Of a stretch of DNA of 37,009 nucleotides, positions 1 through 12,300 are shown one piece after another. A program made the position numbers and the translations under genes. The number at the start of each line of letters is the position of its first letter. The first letter of the stretch is position 1. The notes beneath the pieces are model-generated. The model had not been told where the DNA came from. It did no database searches and saw only the letters and a program-made list of their open reading frames with translations. Source of the DNA: Octopus bimaculoides. Lineage: Eukaryota. The stretch is taken from positions 31,879,364-31,916,372 of the forward strand of contig NC_068991.1 in the NCBI RefSeq assembly GCF_001194135.2, in the 5' to 3' direction.

Positions 1-372
1 AGGGGACTTTACACCAGCCACAGATCTGGTCGGTTGCTCTCAACAGGTTGTCCCGCAGAAATCTCCAATTGTCTTCCACGTTGTATGATGCTATATTCCC
101 TTCTATTTCGTCAAATGCTTCAAGTAACTTGTCTCTAAGTCTCTGTCCATTTGCAGGGTCTTTAAGCTTCCACACCCTTCTCCTCCAAGCCGGTCTACTT
201 CTGGAGACCCATTTTGCCTTGATCCCAAAGTCGCTAACTACTAATCTATGTTGTGGGGTACATTCTTCGCCAGGGAAGGTTTTGGCATTTATAAGCCGCC
301 CTCTTTCCCTATTTCTGGCGAGGATGTAGTCGATTTGGCTAGAGTGTCTGCTAGATCAGTAGGTGACTAGAA
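1..372 (-). mobile_element. RTE-group LINE fragment (end of AP endonuclease plus linker)
   Basis: Minus strand reads LVTY*SSRHSSQIDYILARNRERGRLINAKTFPGEECTPQHRLVVSDF...RRVWKLKDPANGQRLRDKLL...EDNWRFLRDNLLRATDQICGWCKVP, homologous to the copy at 10530-10870. Confidence 0.9.
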
Positions 373-1330
373 CTTATTTGAGAAAGACAAACCCTCATTT
401 CTTCTTTTTTGGATTTGATGTCATTGAGGGTTGAAAATCCCAACTCACATAAATACAATGTAGAAAACTGCATCAAAATGGATAAAGCTTTTTTTGCCCC
501 TGAGGGGTATTCTCTTATATTAGCAATCCAAAATGTATCAGCATACTTGATTTTAAGTCTGCGATCACTGGATATAGATGCCAATTCCTCTTCTTCACAT
601 ATTTTCAGACCAATATTAGATGGAATTTTTATGAAGAGATTTCAAGCCCAATCATACTCATCTGTGTTCAATGATGGAAAATAAAAGTTTATTTTTACTT
701 CCAGATTTGTCAAATGTTCAAATACAATAGGAGTCATTTCTTTTGTGCAGCTTTTATGTATTAAAGAAAACATTTCAAAGTTACCACCTTCAGCTCTATT
801 TTGCCAAATTACAACTTCCTTTTTAAATGAAACCTGCTTATCTGTTGAAGTGAGAATATTTTCATTTCTACCTTGTGTTGACGCTATTAAGTGGTGCAAA
901 TATCGTTAAATATTCCAGCTCGGCTTCATCACCTAGCATGGTTTTAACCATCTTTCTACAAGCAGGTGAGATAATCAACTCAGCTAAAATATGCAATTTC
1001 GTTTGTAGTGCAATCATTTTGACTATCTCAATAGACGCAACTTGAGCCTTTTCAGAAGCATTCATCCTTTTCTCAAAATAGTTTCTTTGCTTAGATTGCT
1101 GTTCTAGCAGTCTTTGGAAATAATTCAAATCTTTACATTGAAGATTTAAGTGTTTAGTTGTAAAATGTCTTTTCAACTTGCTAGGCAACATGCCTTCATT
1201 AGATAACTTTTCACCACAAATAACACACAGCGGAAGAGGTTGATCCTCGTTGCCAGTTCAATGAAACCCAAACTTTAAATAGCTGTTGCAATATTTATGA
1301 TTGGGTCAAGCTTCCTCTTAGTAAACTTTT
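373..1330 (-). pseudogene. hAT transposase remnant (BED finger fused to C-terminal region, catalytic core missing)
   Basis: ORFs 868-1191, 642-899 and 351-584 are successive fragments. At about 918, GDEAE joins directly to LEYLTIF, skipping the central DDE region. Confidence 0.8.
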
Positions 1331-2203
1331 CCAATTTATGGGTAATTTAGTCTGTTAATATGAATTGTATTGCACAAAGAACACAGATTACAAATAGAGT
1401 CAAACTGAGACAAGTGACCAGTGAGCTGTAAAGGTGGCAGCATGTCACATATCAGACTTTTGAGAAGTCTTTCAAAATTAATAGAAAAGATGAAAATTCT
1501 TGCCCCTATACAAATAAAAAAAATTGAAATACAGCTGCAATACGTGAGGACGTATAAAAAGATTTAGTTCAACATCATATATTTTAGTTCAATAGTTTAT
1601 TTTTCACAGCCGAAATAAACTGAAACTTTAATTTCACTTCTGGTCATAGGGCAGAGGAGATGGGGGTTGTTTATTTCATTTTTTTTGTTTTTGAAAATTT
1701 GAAATTTTACAGAATTTTTTTTTTTCAGAATCATAATATCTGTATTTTTCTATGTATTTCACCAAAAAAATATTTTAAAAAATGTGAAAATTTAAGAAAT
1801 TTGGGAGTGGGGGGGATTTCAATTTTGAAATGCAGATTTTTTGGCAGATTCGGAATCTCCACCCTCAATATAGTAACAAAAAAAATCACAAAGTGGGTGC
1901 AATCCATGATCTTTACCTCCGCTGATTGAAGAGTTCTTATCCCTATGAAATCTCAGATTCAAAATTAAATAACACTGTCATACCATAATTAGCTTAAATG
2001 AATTGAATGAGACAACCACCTCTTATTCTTAGTTTAGAACTTGGTATTTAGTTTATTGCCACTTAAACGTTTATATATGAACTTTCTAGTGAATTTCAGT
2101 TTGTATTTTTCATATTTTGAAATATAATCTTACTTTTCGAGGCGCACCTAATTACATCTTGCAGTGCACCAGTGCACCACGGTGCACTGTTTGGGAACCA
2201 CTG
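373..2203 (-). mobile_element. hAT DNA transposon (Buster/Charlie type), internally deleted and 3'-truncated
   Basis: 5' TIR CAGTGGTTCCCAAAC on the minus strand (2189-2203), flanked by GACTAGAT, close to the NTCTAGAN Charlie target. Decayed transposase: BED finger PLCVICGEKLSNEGMLPSKLKRHFTTKH, then a C-terminal part ...FSTLYLCELGFSTLNDIKSKK...EMRVCLSQI. Confidence 0.85.
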
Positions 2204-2879
2204 GACTAGATCGAAGCTAACTGGAACTACCACTGTACCACATTGCAGCATTAAAATTGGCTCGGATTTCATGATTCCAGAGATGTCAATACCAACCTAC
2301 ATTCAGTCTGGGTCGCATCAGAAGCATCAGCACTATGTAAACATGTAAGAAACTATAAAAATGCAATTTGGAAAACTATCTGGCCAGGATAGTGGAAGGC
2401 ACAACAAAGCATCTAATAATGTCAATCAGGTGATGATAATGGCAGTGCTTAAACTTAAGCAACACATAGCAACTAACCAGGATAATAGTGTTCTGGAAAC
2501 ATGTCTGAAGCAGTCTCACTCTCCAGCTGGCCCACTTTGCAGTCCTCACACAGGTTAGATTACTGGGGGTCCAAAAGAGTGTGCAGTGTTTGTTACTGAA
2601 TGCTATGCTGGCATTTTTACTGTCAAAAATCCAAATGTAACATCTACACTGCTACTGACACCAAATTCTAGAACATCTGTTGAATTTACTTTTGTAAATG
2701 CAGTATACATGCACCTCAGGCATATACGCAACTAACTATGCCTCCCTTAATCTTGATAGTGTTACTTGTCTGCTTTACAAATATAGCAGGCTCTTTCTAC
2801 TGCACCAGCTTTCATTCCACTTCTAATTCTGCCTTAATAACTGTTACCCCAGCATTATTTATTCCCTTCAAAGTGACCC

Positions 2880-3884
2880 AGCTTGATATGTAGAAAGGGT
2901 GTAGGTCTAAACTCCATAAGGTGTACCCAGTGCTATGGACACCTAAGAGGTGCAGCAGTATCAGAAGAAGTCTAACAGAGAATGTAGCTTTTGTGTGTGG
3001 CAGATGCGCAGGTACAATAAACACTAAGAATGTACAGAAAATAGACTTCGTCAAATGCCCAGAGGGATACTTAGAAGTAGTAGATAGCTTCTGTTAACTA
3101 GGTGACCAAGTCAGCAGTGGAGGATGCTCTGAGAGAGAATGTAGCTGCTAGAATAAGAATGGGCTGGGCAAAAGTTCAGAGAGCTTCCACTTTTGTTGGT
3201 AACAAAGGGCCTCTCAGAGTGAAAGGCAGATTGTACGACGACTGTGTGTGAACAGGCATTGTTACATAGCAGTGAAATATGAGATGTGACTTCAGAGAGC
3301 ATGCAAAAGTTTGAAAGAAATGAAGCTAGCAAGTTCTGCTGGATGTGCAATGTCAGTGTGTACATACAACAGAGTGAAAGTGTCTTGAGAGAATAATTGG
3401 GTATAAGAGGCATCAGATGTAGTGTGCAAGAGAGAAGACTACGCTGGTATGCGATGCATATACATATAGATGAGGACAGCTATATAAAGAAGTGCCAATT
3501 TCTAATTGTGGAGGGAACCTGTGGAAGAGGTAGACACAGGAAAATGTAGGATGAGGTGGTGAAACATGATCTTCAGTTGTTGAATTTCATGGAGGTGATG
3601 ACGAGTAACTGAAAATTCTGGCTATTTGCTGTGCTTGAGAAGACACATCAAGCCAAGTGAAATTGTGTTCATGGCCAGTGACAGTGACATGTAAAAAGTG
3701 CCTGTGCCAGTGACACACACAAGGCACCTGATACACTCTATGGAGTGGCTGGTGTTAGGAAGGGTATCCAGCCATAGAAACCAAACCAAAACAGACTAGA
3801 ACCTGGTGCAGCTCTCTAGCAGTCAAACCATCTAACCCATTCCAGCATGAAAAATAAACATTAAATGATGATAATGATGATGAT
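2880..3884 (+). mobile_element. 5'-truncated RTE-group LINE (PHD-like insert, RT end, short 3' UTR, GAT tail)
   Basis: Decayed CRKGVG.NSIRCTQC...FVCGRC...LEVVDSFC*LG...ARIRMGWAK...; ends CCAGCATGAAAAATAAACATTAAATGATGATAATGATGATGAT. Confidence 0.9.
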
Positions 3885-3889
3885 TCCCT

Positions 3890-4460
3890 TGTTCAAAAAG
3901 GATGACCACATATCACCTGTCAATCACCAGTCTCATAAGCTGTATCACCAAATTGAATTTCTGGAACTTTCATAACCTTATTCAACTATCACAATTTAGA
4001 TTTATCCCTAACTTCAGCTGCTGTAGCCAACTAATCAATTATGTTGAAGACATCAAACAAATCACAGATGCTAGCTCATGGTGGATGTTATCTACCTCAA
4101 TTTGGCTGAGCCTTAAACCCTGTGCTACACAAATGGCTGATGGTAAAGATCTCTGCAATGAGCATGAGAGCTACATTTTATAATGTGTTGAAGTCATTTG
4201 GTTCCATTAAAAAGAAGTATTGACAGTACTAGGAAAATATTCAGTAGCCTATGTGATGATATCTGATGTCCCACAGGGATCTGTACATGATCTTCTGTTG
4301 TTTGTTACATATACATCAACAAAATATATGCCAAATTCAAGCATGCTATTGTGCTAAATACAAAGCTGACATTAAGTTGTACCTTGAGATAAATAAAAAC
4401 AGATTATTATATAAATTTAATGAAGGCAGCATCTTCTTCCAGAACAAAATTATAAATGCC
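3890..4460 (+). mobile_element. Highly decayed CR1/L2-like reverse transcriptase remnant
   Basis: Fragments SQFRFIPNFSCCSQLINYVEDI, VIYLNLA, ISDVPQGSVHDLLLFVTY and YKADIKLY match RT motifs QHGF..SC.TQL, YLD.AKAFD, GVPQGSVLGPLLF and FADD.KLY. Confidence 0.7.
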
Positions 4461-4532
4461 ATGAACACAGCCCCTTACTCTAGGCCAACCATTTAAAAGA
4501 GTAACATAACACTTAAGTAAAACACAAACATT

Positions 4533-4538
4533 TTTAAT
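4533..4538 (-). promoter_or_regulatory. Candidate polyadenylation signal of the UBXN1-like gene
   Basis: ATTAAA on the minus strand about 235 nt after the stop codon, followed by GT-rich TGTTTGTGTTTT. Not verifiable without transcripts. Confidence 0.35.
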
Positions 4539-4569
4539 ATTCCAAAATTGTCCTTGCTAATAAGAAAGC

Positions 4570-4584
4570 ATACATATATATATT

Positions 4585-4637
<53 letters not shown>

Positions 4638-4640
4638 TAT
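4570..4640. repeat. (TA)n microsatellite in the presumed 3' UTR
   Basis: Direct reading of the sequence. Confidence 0.9.
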
Positions 4641-4770
4641 ATATTGTATTTGTATGTAGAACAAGTTTTGTTTTCTGTTTTGCTCTGAAAAGATATTTTG
4701 TTGCTGTGAAACCCCAAGCATTGTTTTAGTGAGTTGTCTGGCTTCTTTAATTGCTATATTTTCACTTGAT

Positions 4771-4805
4771 TCAAGAAACATTGAGGACAGCCGATGGAAC
4801 CAAAC
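4771..4805 (-). CDS. UBXN1: UBXN1-like terminal coding exon: (G)[10 protein letters not shown]
   Basis: Acceptor ttctttcag at 4806; phase 1; TGA at 4771-4773. Confidence 0.92.
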
Positions 4806-7800
4806 CTGAAAGAACAATATAACGTGATCAATAAACATACAGATAGACACACACATACACATGTACAGTTACACACGAAGCTCAGAGTACAAATACATAA
4901 AAAGATAGACTTACAGATAGACATCCATGTACAATTGAAATTATTAGAAAACATTTAGAAATTTAACAGTGTTTATTGATAGTTATCATGACCATGTTAG
5001 TAAAAAATGGGTGCAAAATTAGATAACATCACCTCCACATCACTCACTGACATTACATTTTGCCAACAAAAGATACAACAGCAATTAATTAGATTCTTCA
5101 TAGGCTATAATTTTACTTGAACCCCCACCTACCTATCTCTTCCTGACAAACAATAAACTATAAAGAGCATAAAATGCACACCCAATATTTTATAACACAT
5201 TGTAACCAGACCACACCTACAAACTACCTATAACACAAGATGCTAAAAATGAAAACTCACCTAGAGAGATCATCATCATCATCGTTTAACGTCTGCTTAC
5301 CATGCTGGCATGGGTTGGACAGTTTGACTGAGGACACCAAGCTCTAATCTGATTTGGCAGAGTTTCTACAGCTGGATGCCCTTCCTAACGCCAACAACTC
5401 CAAGAGTGTAGTGGGTGCTTTTACATGCCACTGGCACGATGGCCAGTCAGGCAGTACTGGCAACAGCCATGCTCAAATGGTGTTTTCTACGTGCCACCTG
5501 CACAGGAGCCAGTCTAGCAGCACTGGCAACAACCTCGCTCGAATGTTGTTTTTCACGTGCCACCAGCACAAGTGCCAGTAAGGCAACGCTGGTAACGATC
5601 ACACTCGAATGGTGCTTTTTATGTGCCACCGGCATGGGAGCCAGTCAGCAGCCCTGGTAACGATCACGCTCAGATGGTGCTCTTAACGTTCCACTAGCAA
5701 GGATGCCAGTCAGGCGGTGCTGTCATCGGCCACGTCAGCAAATTTGATTTCGATTTCACTTGCCTCAACAGGTCTTTGCAAGCAGAGTATAGTGTCCAAT
5801 GAAAGAAAGGTGTGCATAAGTGGGCTGGTTACACCACTGGCATAAGCCACGGGTTATGGTCTCACTTGGCTTCCCCCCCCCCCCACAGTCCTCTGCCATT
5901 AAATGAAACATAAGTGCCAAATAGCCAGACACATGTATAGCAGAACGCAACAACACTCCAAAAACACTCAGCCCAAACAAACATAAAAAACAAAGAGATA
6001 AATAACTGCAACACTACCATTATAGCTGACTTCTAACGCTGCACAGGGTGTATACAATAATTACCAAGGAAGAATAACTGGTATGTGTACTGACTAATTC
6101 TACCTTGACCACCATTACCACTGTGTCTATGGAGATACAAAAATAGACAATGAAGTCTTCACAAAACTCCACACTACACCTATAGGATGCATCACTATAT
6201 GTTGCAGTGTGTGCAGTATAGTCATCAGTTGATTTATAATAAAAAGTATTTGGACATTGACCATACAATTTTGTCTATATCTAGTGTATAGATAATGTAT
6301 CAGTGTATTTAGTATATAGACAGTGCATCTAGTGTATATAATGTGCAATCGACATGTCCTAACTTGCTCTGAGGTACAGATTCCCCCACCTACAGTGTTG
6401 ATAATCACCCACTGTAATCTGACCACTGACCAATGATGGGTTAGAATTTATCAACCATCCTTCAACTTGATTTTAGCTAGCCTTACAATACCCAGGAGGT
6501 GGCACACTGAGGTATACTGAGTCACATATGAGAGCTGAGTGCCAGAAGGTTGCTTATCATTCCTAAGGAAATATCTAAATAAAAGTGATCATCTTACAAG
6601 GTGATCTTTGAGAAGACATTGGACTGGTGGGGGAAGTCCTTGGTGTGACATTAGACACTTGTAAATATGGCTCTCAATTGAATGTTACACAGTCATATCT
6701 TATGTTCTTAAAAATATTCTCAATTGTCTTTGAAAGTGAAATCATTCTCTCTGTTATGATACAATAACATACATTTGAGTTCCTTATAAAAGAAATAAAA
6801 TCTCTCTGACTCAGCTTTATACAATACCATTACAAGGAGATAAAGAGGGAGTCTTTATATGGTTAAACAACTTGTTAGAAATAGCAGCCAAATTTCCCTT
6901 AAATCATGACCTACCACTTGAAAATAAGGTGATAACATAGTTGTAGACATGTAATGATTGAAAAAAGCAGAGGATAGAAAGCGTTTCATTGTACAATAAT
7001 TCAACCAAGAACGATATGGAACTAAAGAACAATAAATATCACACCTCAAGCCACTTTCACAGGGATTCACAACACCCTCAATTCCAACCACTACAATGTA
7101 CTCCATAAAGAACATTACACACTTCTATATATACCACACTCCATCAAAGACACTCCACACTTCTATATAACACCACACAAAATATGAAATACTTATTTTA
7201 AAGACCGAGATACCTGGTACTTTACTGTACTCAAGAAGATCCCTCCTCCACAGCAGAAGAGTTAAGGCCACATCCCCTGGTGAAGAGGATTGACATGCAA
7301 GAGTCCTGTGCTGGTGCCACGTGAAATCCACTTGTGCTGATGCCATGCAAAAGCAATCGTGCTGGTGTCACATTAAAAGCACCCAACTCACAGAGTAAAG
7401 TGGTTGACGTTAAGAAGGGCACTCAGCCATAGAAACCAAGCCAGCCAAATCAGACTGGAACCTGGAGCAGCTCTCCAGCTTGCCAGCTCTGGTCAGAGTG
7501 TCCAACCCATGCCAGCATGGAAAACAGACATTAAAGAATGATGATGATGATAATGAAAACATACAAAATACTAAAGTAAAATAAAATGAAAGAAAGCCAA
7601 AGGAAAAATGATGATAAATGTAACAGTTACCAAGTTGAAGAAGTGACATAGCCATATCATCATTTGTGTAAACTTTGCGGGGGAAAGCTGTGGACAACTT
7701 GGGAACAGAATTATCATCTTTGGACCACTTAGTCATCACATAAACCCTAACAGCGGCCAATGATTCTTTAGCTTTGAATTCTTTCTTCAAGCTTTCACCT

Positions 7801-8806
7801 GTTGGTAATCGAATCTAGAAAAATAATACAATTGAACAAGAAAATATATAACCAAACTTTATAATTATGAAAATTAAAAGAAATCCAATAAAACAAAAAT
7901 GAAACAAAGAATACAAGAATACAGTAAATAAAATTTTAAAATATTGTGAAATATCTTCTGAAGTTTTATTTATAAATTGAAAACAAAACTAGAAGTTAAT
8001 GTTGGAATCAAGTTAGACATGTTGAGACAACACGAAAGATATCATTAATGGTCATTGTTTAGCACTAGAAGAACTCTGATCAAACTGACCCATAATCAAA
8101 GACATTCCATCCATGACTATCCTGTCATTTTCAAGTTATGGACAATATAAGCTTATGTGTCCTCAGTACATAAGGTATGATGTGATATTCCGTCACTGAC
8201 AGTATCTGACATATCTCAGTTGTTGTTTAGCCCTAGGTTGTCCATGATATTAGCCCTTTTCATATCAACCTGCTGGAGACTGACCCTGGTCCGATTATAC
8301 AAAACTTCTTGTTCCAAAGTGATGTTTACAATGCAACTTTACAATGCAGCTACTGTTTGTAGAAGAGACAGACATTACATCTGAGACACACAGCTAAGTC
8401 CTCATCTTATTTTCATTTAAATGTGACTCAATCAGTCAATGCTTACATGTGTATAAATATTATATTAATAATGATGATGGTGATGATAATATTAATAATT
8501 AGATATTAAAACTTATTGTAAGTTGTGTTAGCAGATAATAACTAAAATTGTAAGCAACATATCTGAATTCTCTGCATACAACCTAAATGTACATGACTTG
8601 CTCCCCTAGCTACTTGTACTACTTTTCTGTGAATAGACACTCTCTCTTTGTACATATACTTGTGTACATGTGCTTGTTAGAGTACTGTATACATGTAACT
8701 ATGCGCTTATATGGACTCCATATATATGTATATGCAAATGTGCTTGTGAGTATGTATATATATATATATATATATGTATTTCACCTAGGTGTGTACTCAT
8801 GCAAAC

Positions 8807-8838
<32 letters not shown>

Positions 8839-9238
8839 NNNNNNNNNNNNNNNNNNNNNNNNNNNNNNNNNNNNNNNNNNNNNNNNNNNNNNNNNNNNNN
8901 NNNNNNNNNNNNNNNNNNNNNNNNNNNNNNNNNNNNNNNNNNNNNNNNNNNNNNNNNNNNNNNNNNNNNNNNNNNNNNNNNNNNNNNNNNNNNNNNNNNN
9001 NNNNNNNNNNNNNNNNNNNNNNNNNNNNNNNNNNNNNNNNNNNNNNNNNNNNNNATATATATGTATATGAATATATATATATATAGATAGATAGATAGAT
9101 ATGTAAAAATATGTTTATGTGGGTATACGTGATCTAAGTGTACACTTATATGAATTGCATGTGGATATATGTATAGATAGATGGATATAGGTGTTTGTAT
9201 ATGTGGGTATGGGTGTTTATGTATATAGGTGTGTGTGA

Positions 9239-9304
<66 letters not shown>

Positions 9305-12300
9305 TTGTTTGTTTGTATATAAACATGTAAGATTCATACCATGTGTAGTGTTTGTATATATAAACATATAAGATAAAAGCTATCGTACTGTGTAGTTACC
9401 CTACCTGCCTGTTCAACCCCCTACTTATCTTCCTGGTCAGCCTATGTGCCTTACTTTCATGCCCCTTTACCTTTCCTTATTGTGCCTTAAATATGGAAGC
9501 TGTATGGGATTGAGGAAATTGTAATGTAATTAAATTGAATTAAATAACAATGTACCAAAGCTTTGTGTCACTTGGCAAGCATTTGCACAGATCTTCTTTT
9601 TATCAGGTACTGACAAAAGACTCTCAACAATGGCCTTCCTATTGTCACTCTCAAGCTCACAATTTCAGGGTCGCTACCATCAACGTTGGCACAATGAAAG
9701 GTAGATCTGGTGAGATTATTGAAACGTGTGCGAATGAATAATGGAATGCTTGCACTTAGTGTCTCAGAGAAGAAAGATGAATGGAAGTGCCACTATGAAA
9801 GGTTACTAAATGTGGAAAATGAATGGGAGAAGGAGAGTCTTTAAAATATTGAACCAACTGAAGGACAAGCCATCAGAATTGATGTACATATGTGAAGTGT
9901 GCAAGAAGTGAGATGGAATGGAGCCTTTGCTAGATACTTCATGGGTAAGAAACAGAGGTTCAAATTCTTCTGGGTAGGCAGGAGTGATGGAGTGGATAGT
10001 ATGGACATGCTCTTAAAAGAAAAGTGGGTAGATAAGGTAATTGAGATAGTCAGAGTATGTGGTTATTAAGCTAAGACTTATCATAGACAAATTAACAGTT
10101 ACATTTATCTCTACCTATGCTCCAGAACTTGGGCTGGCTGATGTCCAGAAGGACCAATTCTACAAGGTCCTTGTTATGTCTCAAGCTACTGCTATCTAGC
10201 ACCTTCGGATGATCTCTACTCAACCGCTACTCAACACCCTACCATGGCCATACTACCTCTATTTATATGTCTTGGGAGATTCTACTTCTTCGCCTGGGGG
10301 CGTTGACACAACAGTCCTCTTGCAGACTACCTCAACAACAAGTGACAGAGACTTGGTTATTGTGGTTGGCAATTTTAATAGACATGTTGAGCAGCAGTCC
10401 CATGGATTCTATGGGATGCATGGTGGTTATGGCTTTGGCCCTAGAAATGAAAAGGGAACAAGACTACTGGTGCTCTGTGATGCAAATGACCTCATGATCT
10501 ACAACACTAACTTCATAAAACCAGCCAGCCACCTAATCACTAATCAGTCTGGTGGGCACATAAACCAGATTGATTACCTCCTCACCAGGCAATGAGATAG
10601 GCAGATGCTCACTATGCAACATAAGCTACGAGTTAGTGATTTCAGAATTAGGTCTAGAAAGGCTCAGAGAAATAAACTACACTGGAAAAGAAGATTATGG
10701 AAGGTCAAAGACCCGGCAAACTGTCAGAAATTTAGAGATATTCTAGAGGAAGCCTCTGGTGAAAGAGAGGAGGAGGTAGGGACATATAGCTTAGAGGACA
10801 ACTGGATGTTCCTGTGGGACAATCTACTGAGGGCTGAAGAGCAAATTTGTGACTGGTGCAAAGTCCCAATGAGGCCAAGGGTGACATGGTGGTAGAACAA
10901 GATGGACAGTACCATAAAATCAAAGAGATAAGCTGGGAAAGACTGGAAAAACAGTGAAGCAGAGAATTACATCAGGTAGCCAGAAGGGAAGCTAGGCGTC
11001 AGGTTTATATAGCAAAAGGAATAGCAGAAGGTAAGAGATTTACCAATGTCTTACTGTGTGAAGATCAGAGGCGTGAGGTGTTCCGGATTGCAAAATAGTG
11101 TCAGAGAGAATAGAGATGTGGTGGGTGAGAAACGTGTGCGAATGAATAATGGAATGCTTGCACTTCGTGTCTCAGAGAAGAAAGATGCATGGAAGTGCCA
11201 CTATGAAAGGTTACTAAATGTGGAAAATGAATGGGAGAAGGAGAGTCTTTAAAATATTGAACCAACTGAAGGACAAGCCATCAGAATTGATAGCAGTATA
11301 ATAGATAAGGATATGAAGACGGGGAAAGCCCCTGGACCATAGGGTGTCACTGCCGAGATGATAAAAATCCCTGTCAGTGTGGGATACAGCCTAATCACTT
11401 GCATAGTTAATCAAGTTATTCAGGAAGGCGTCATCCCCAATGATTGGTGTAGTAGTATTATAGTTAGCTGCTACAAGTGTAAAGGTGGTGCCTTAGATAG
11501 AAACAACTACAGAGGTATCAAACTACTGTACCATGTCATGAAAGTTACAGAGAGAGTAATAGCTCAACTGATTAGGAAAAGAATTAAACTAGATGAGATG
11601 TAGTTTGGTTTTGTATCGGGGAAGAGTACCACAGATGCTATCTTCATAGTGAGACAGCTGCAGGAAAAGTATTTGGCCAAGAGTAAGCCACTGTACTTAG
11701 CTTTTGTCAACCTAGAGAAAGCTTTGGACAGAGTCCCACACTCTGTTATAAGGTGGTCTCTAAGGAAGCCAAGAGTAGAGGAGTGGCTTGTTAGAATCAT
11801 ACAAGCCATGTACAGTGAGGCTGTCAGTAAGGTGAGAGTCAGCCATGAATATAGTGATGAATTTAGCGTACAGGTAAGGGTTCACCAGGACTCAGTTCTT
11901 AGTTCACTCCTATTCATCATAGTCTTCCAGGCCATAACAGAAGAATTCAAAATTGGATGCCCATGAGAAGTACTATACGATGATGAACTCACTCTTATTG
12001 CAGAATGTGTAGCAGAATTGGAGAAGAAATTCCAGGTATGGAAGCAAAACCTGGAATCAAAGTGCCTTAAAGTTAATCTAGCTAAGATCAAAGTTGTTGT
12101 TAGCAGGAAAGCAGATAAAACTCTAATTCCATCAGGTAAATGGCCCTGTTCACTATGTAGGAAAGGAGTTGGAAGTAATTCCATTCACTGCACCCAATGT
12201 AAGCTACGGCCACAAGAGATGCAGTGGAATCACAAGTAGATTAACAGATAAGGTCACCTTTGTGTGTGGCAGATGTACAAGAACAATAAGCACTAAGAGC

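Noticed and set aside
2212-2870. Moderate-complexity unique sequence with short ORFs (also 5880-6440)
   Set aside because: No recognisable motif, splice-phase logic or repeat match; left unassigned.
4584-4862. [16 protein letters not shown]...
   Set aside because: Wrong frame. The true terminal exon is read in phase 1 as [11 protein letters not shown].
5425-5737. Regular repeats as a CRISPR array (also 31479-31589)
   Set aside because: Eukaryotic context, no unique spacers, no cas genes; these are tandem minisatellites.
6190-6232. Minus-strand CTGATGA with CTATA/TATAG stem
   Set aside because: Followed by TGAT, not GAAA; probably chance.
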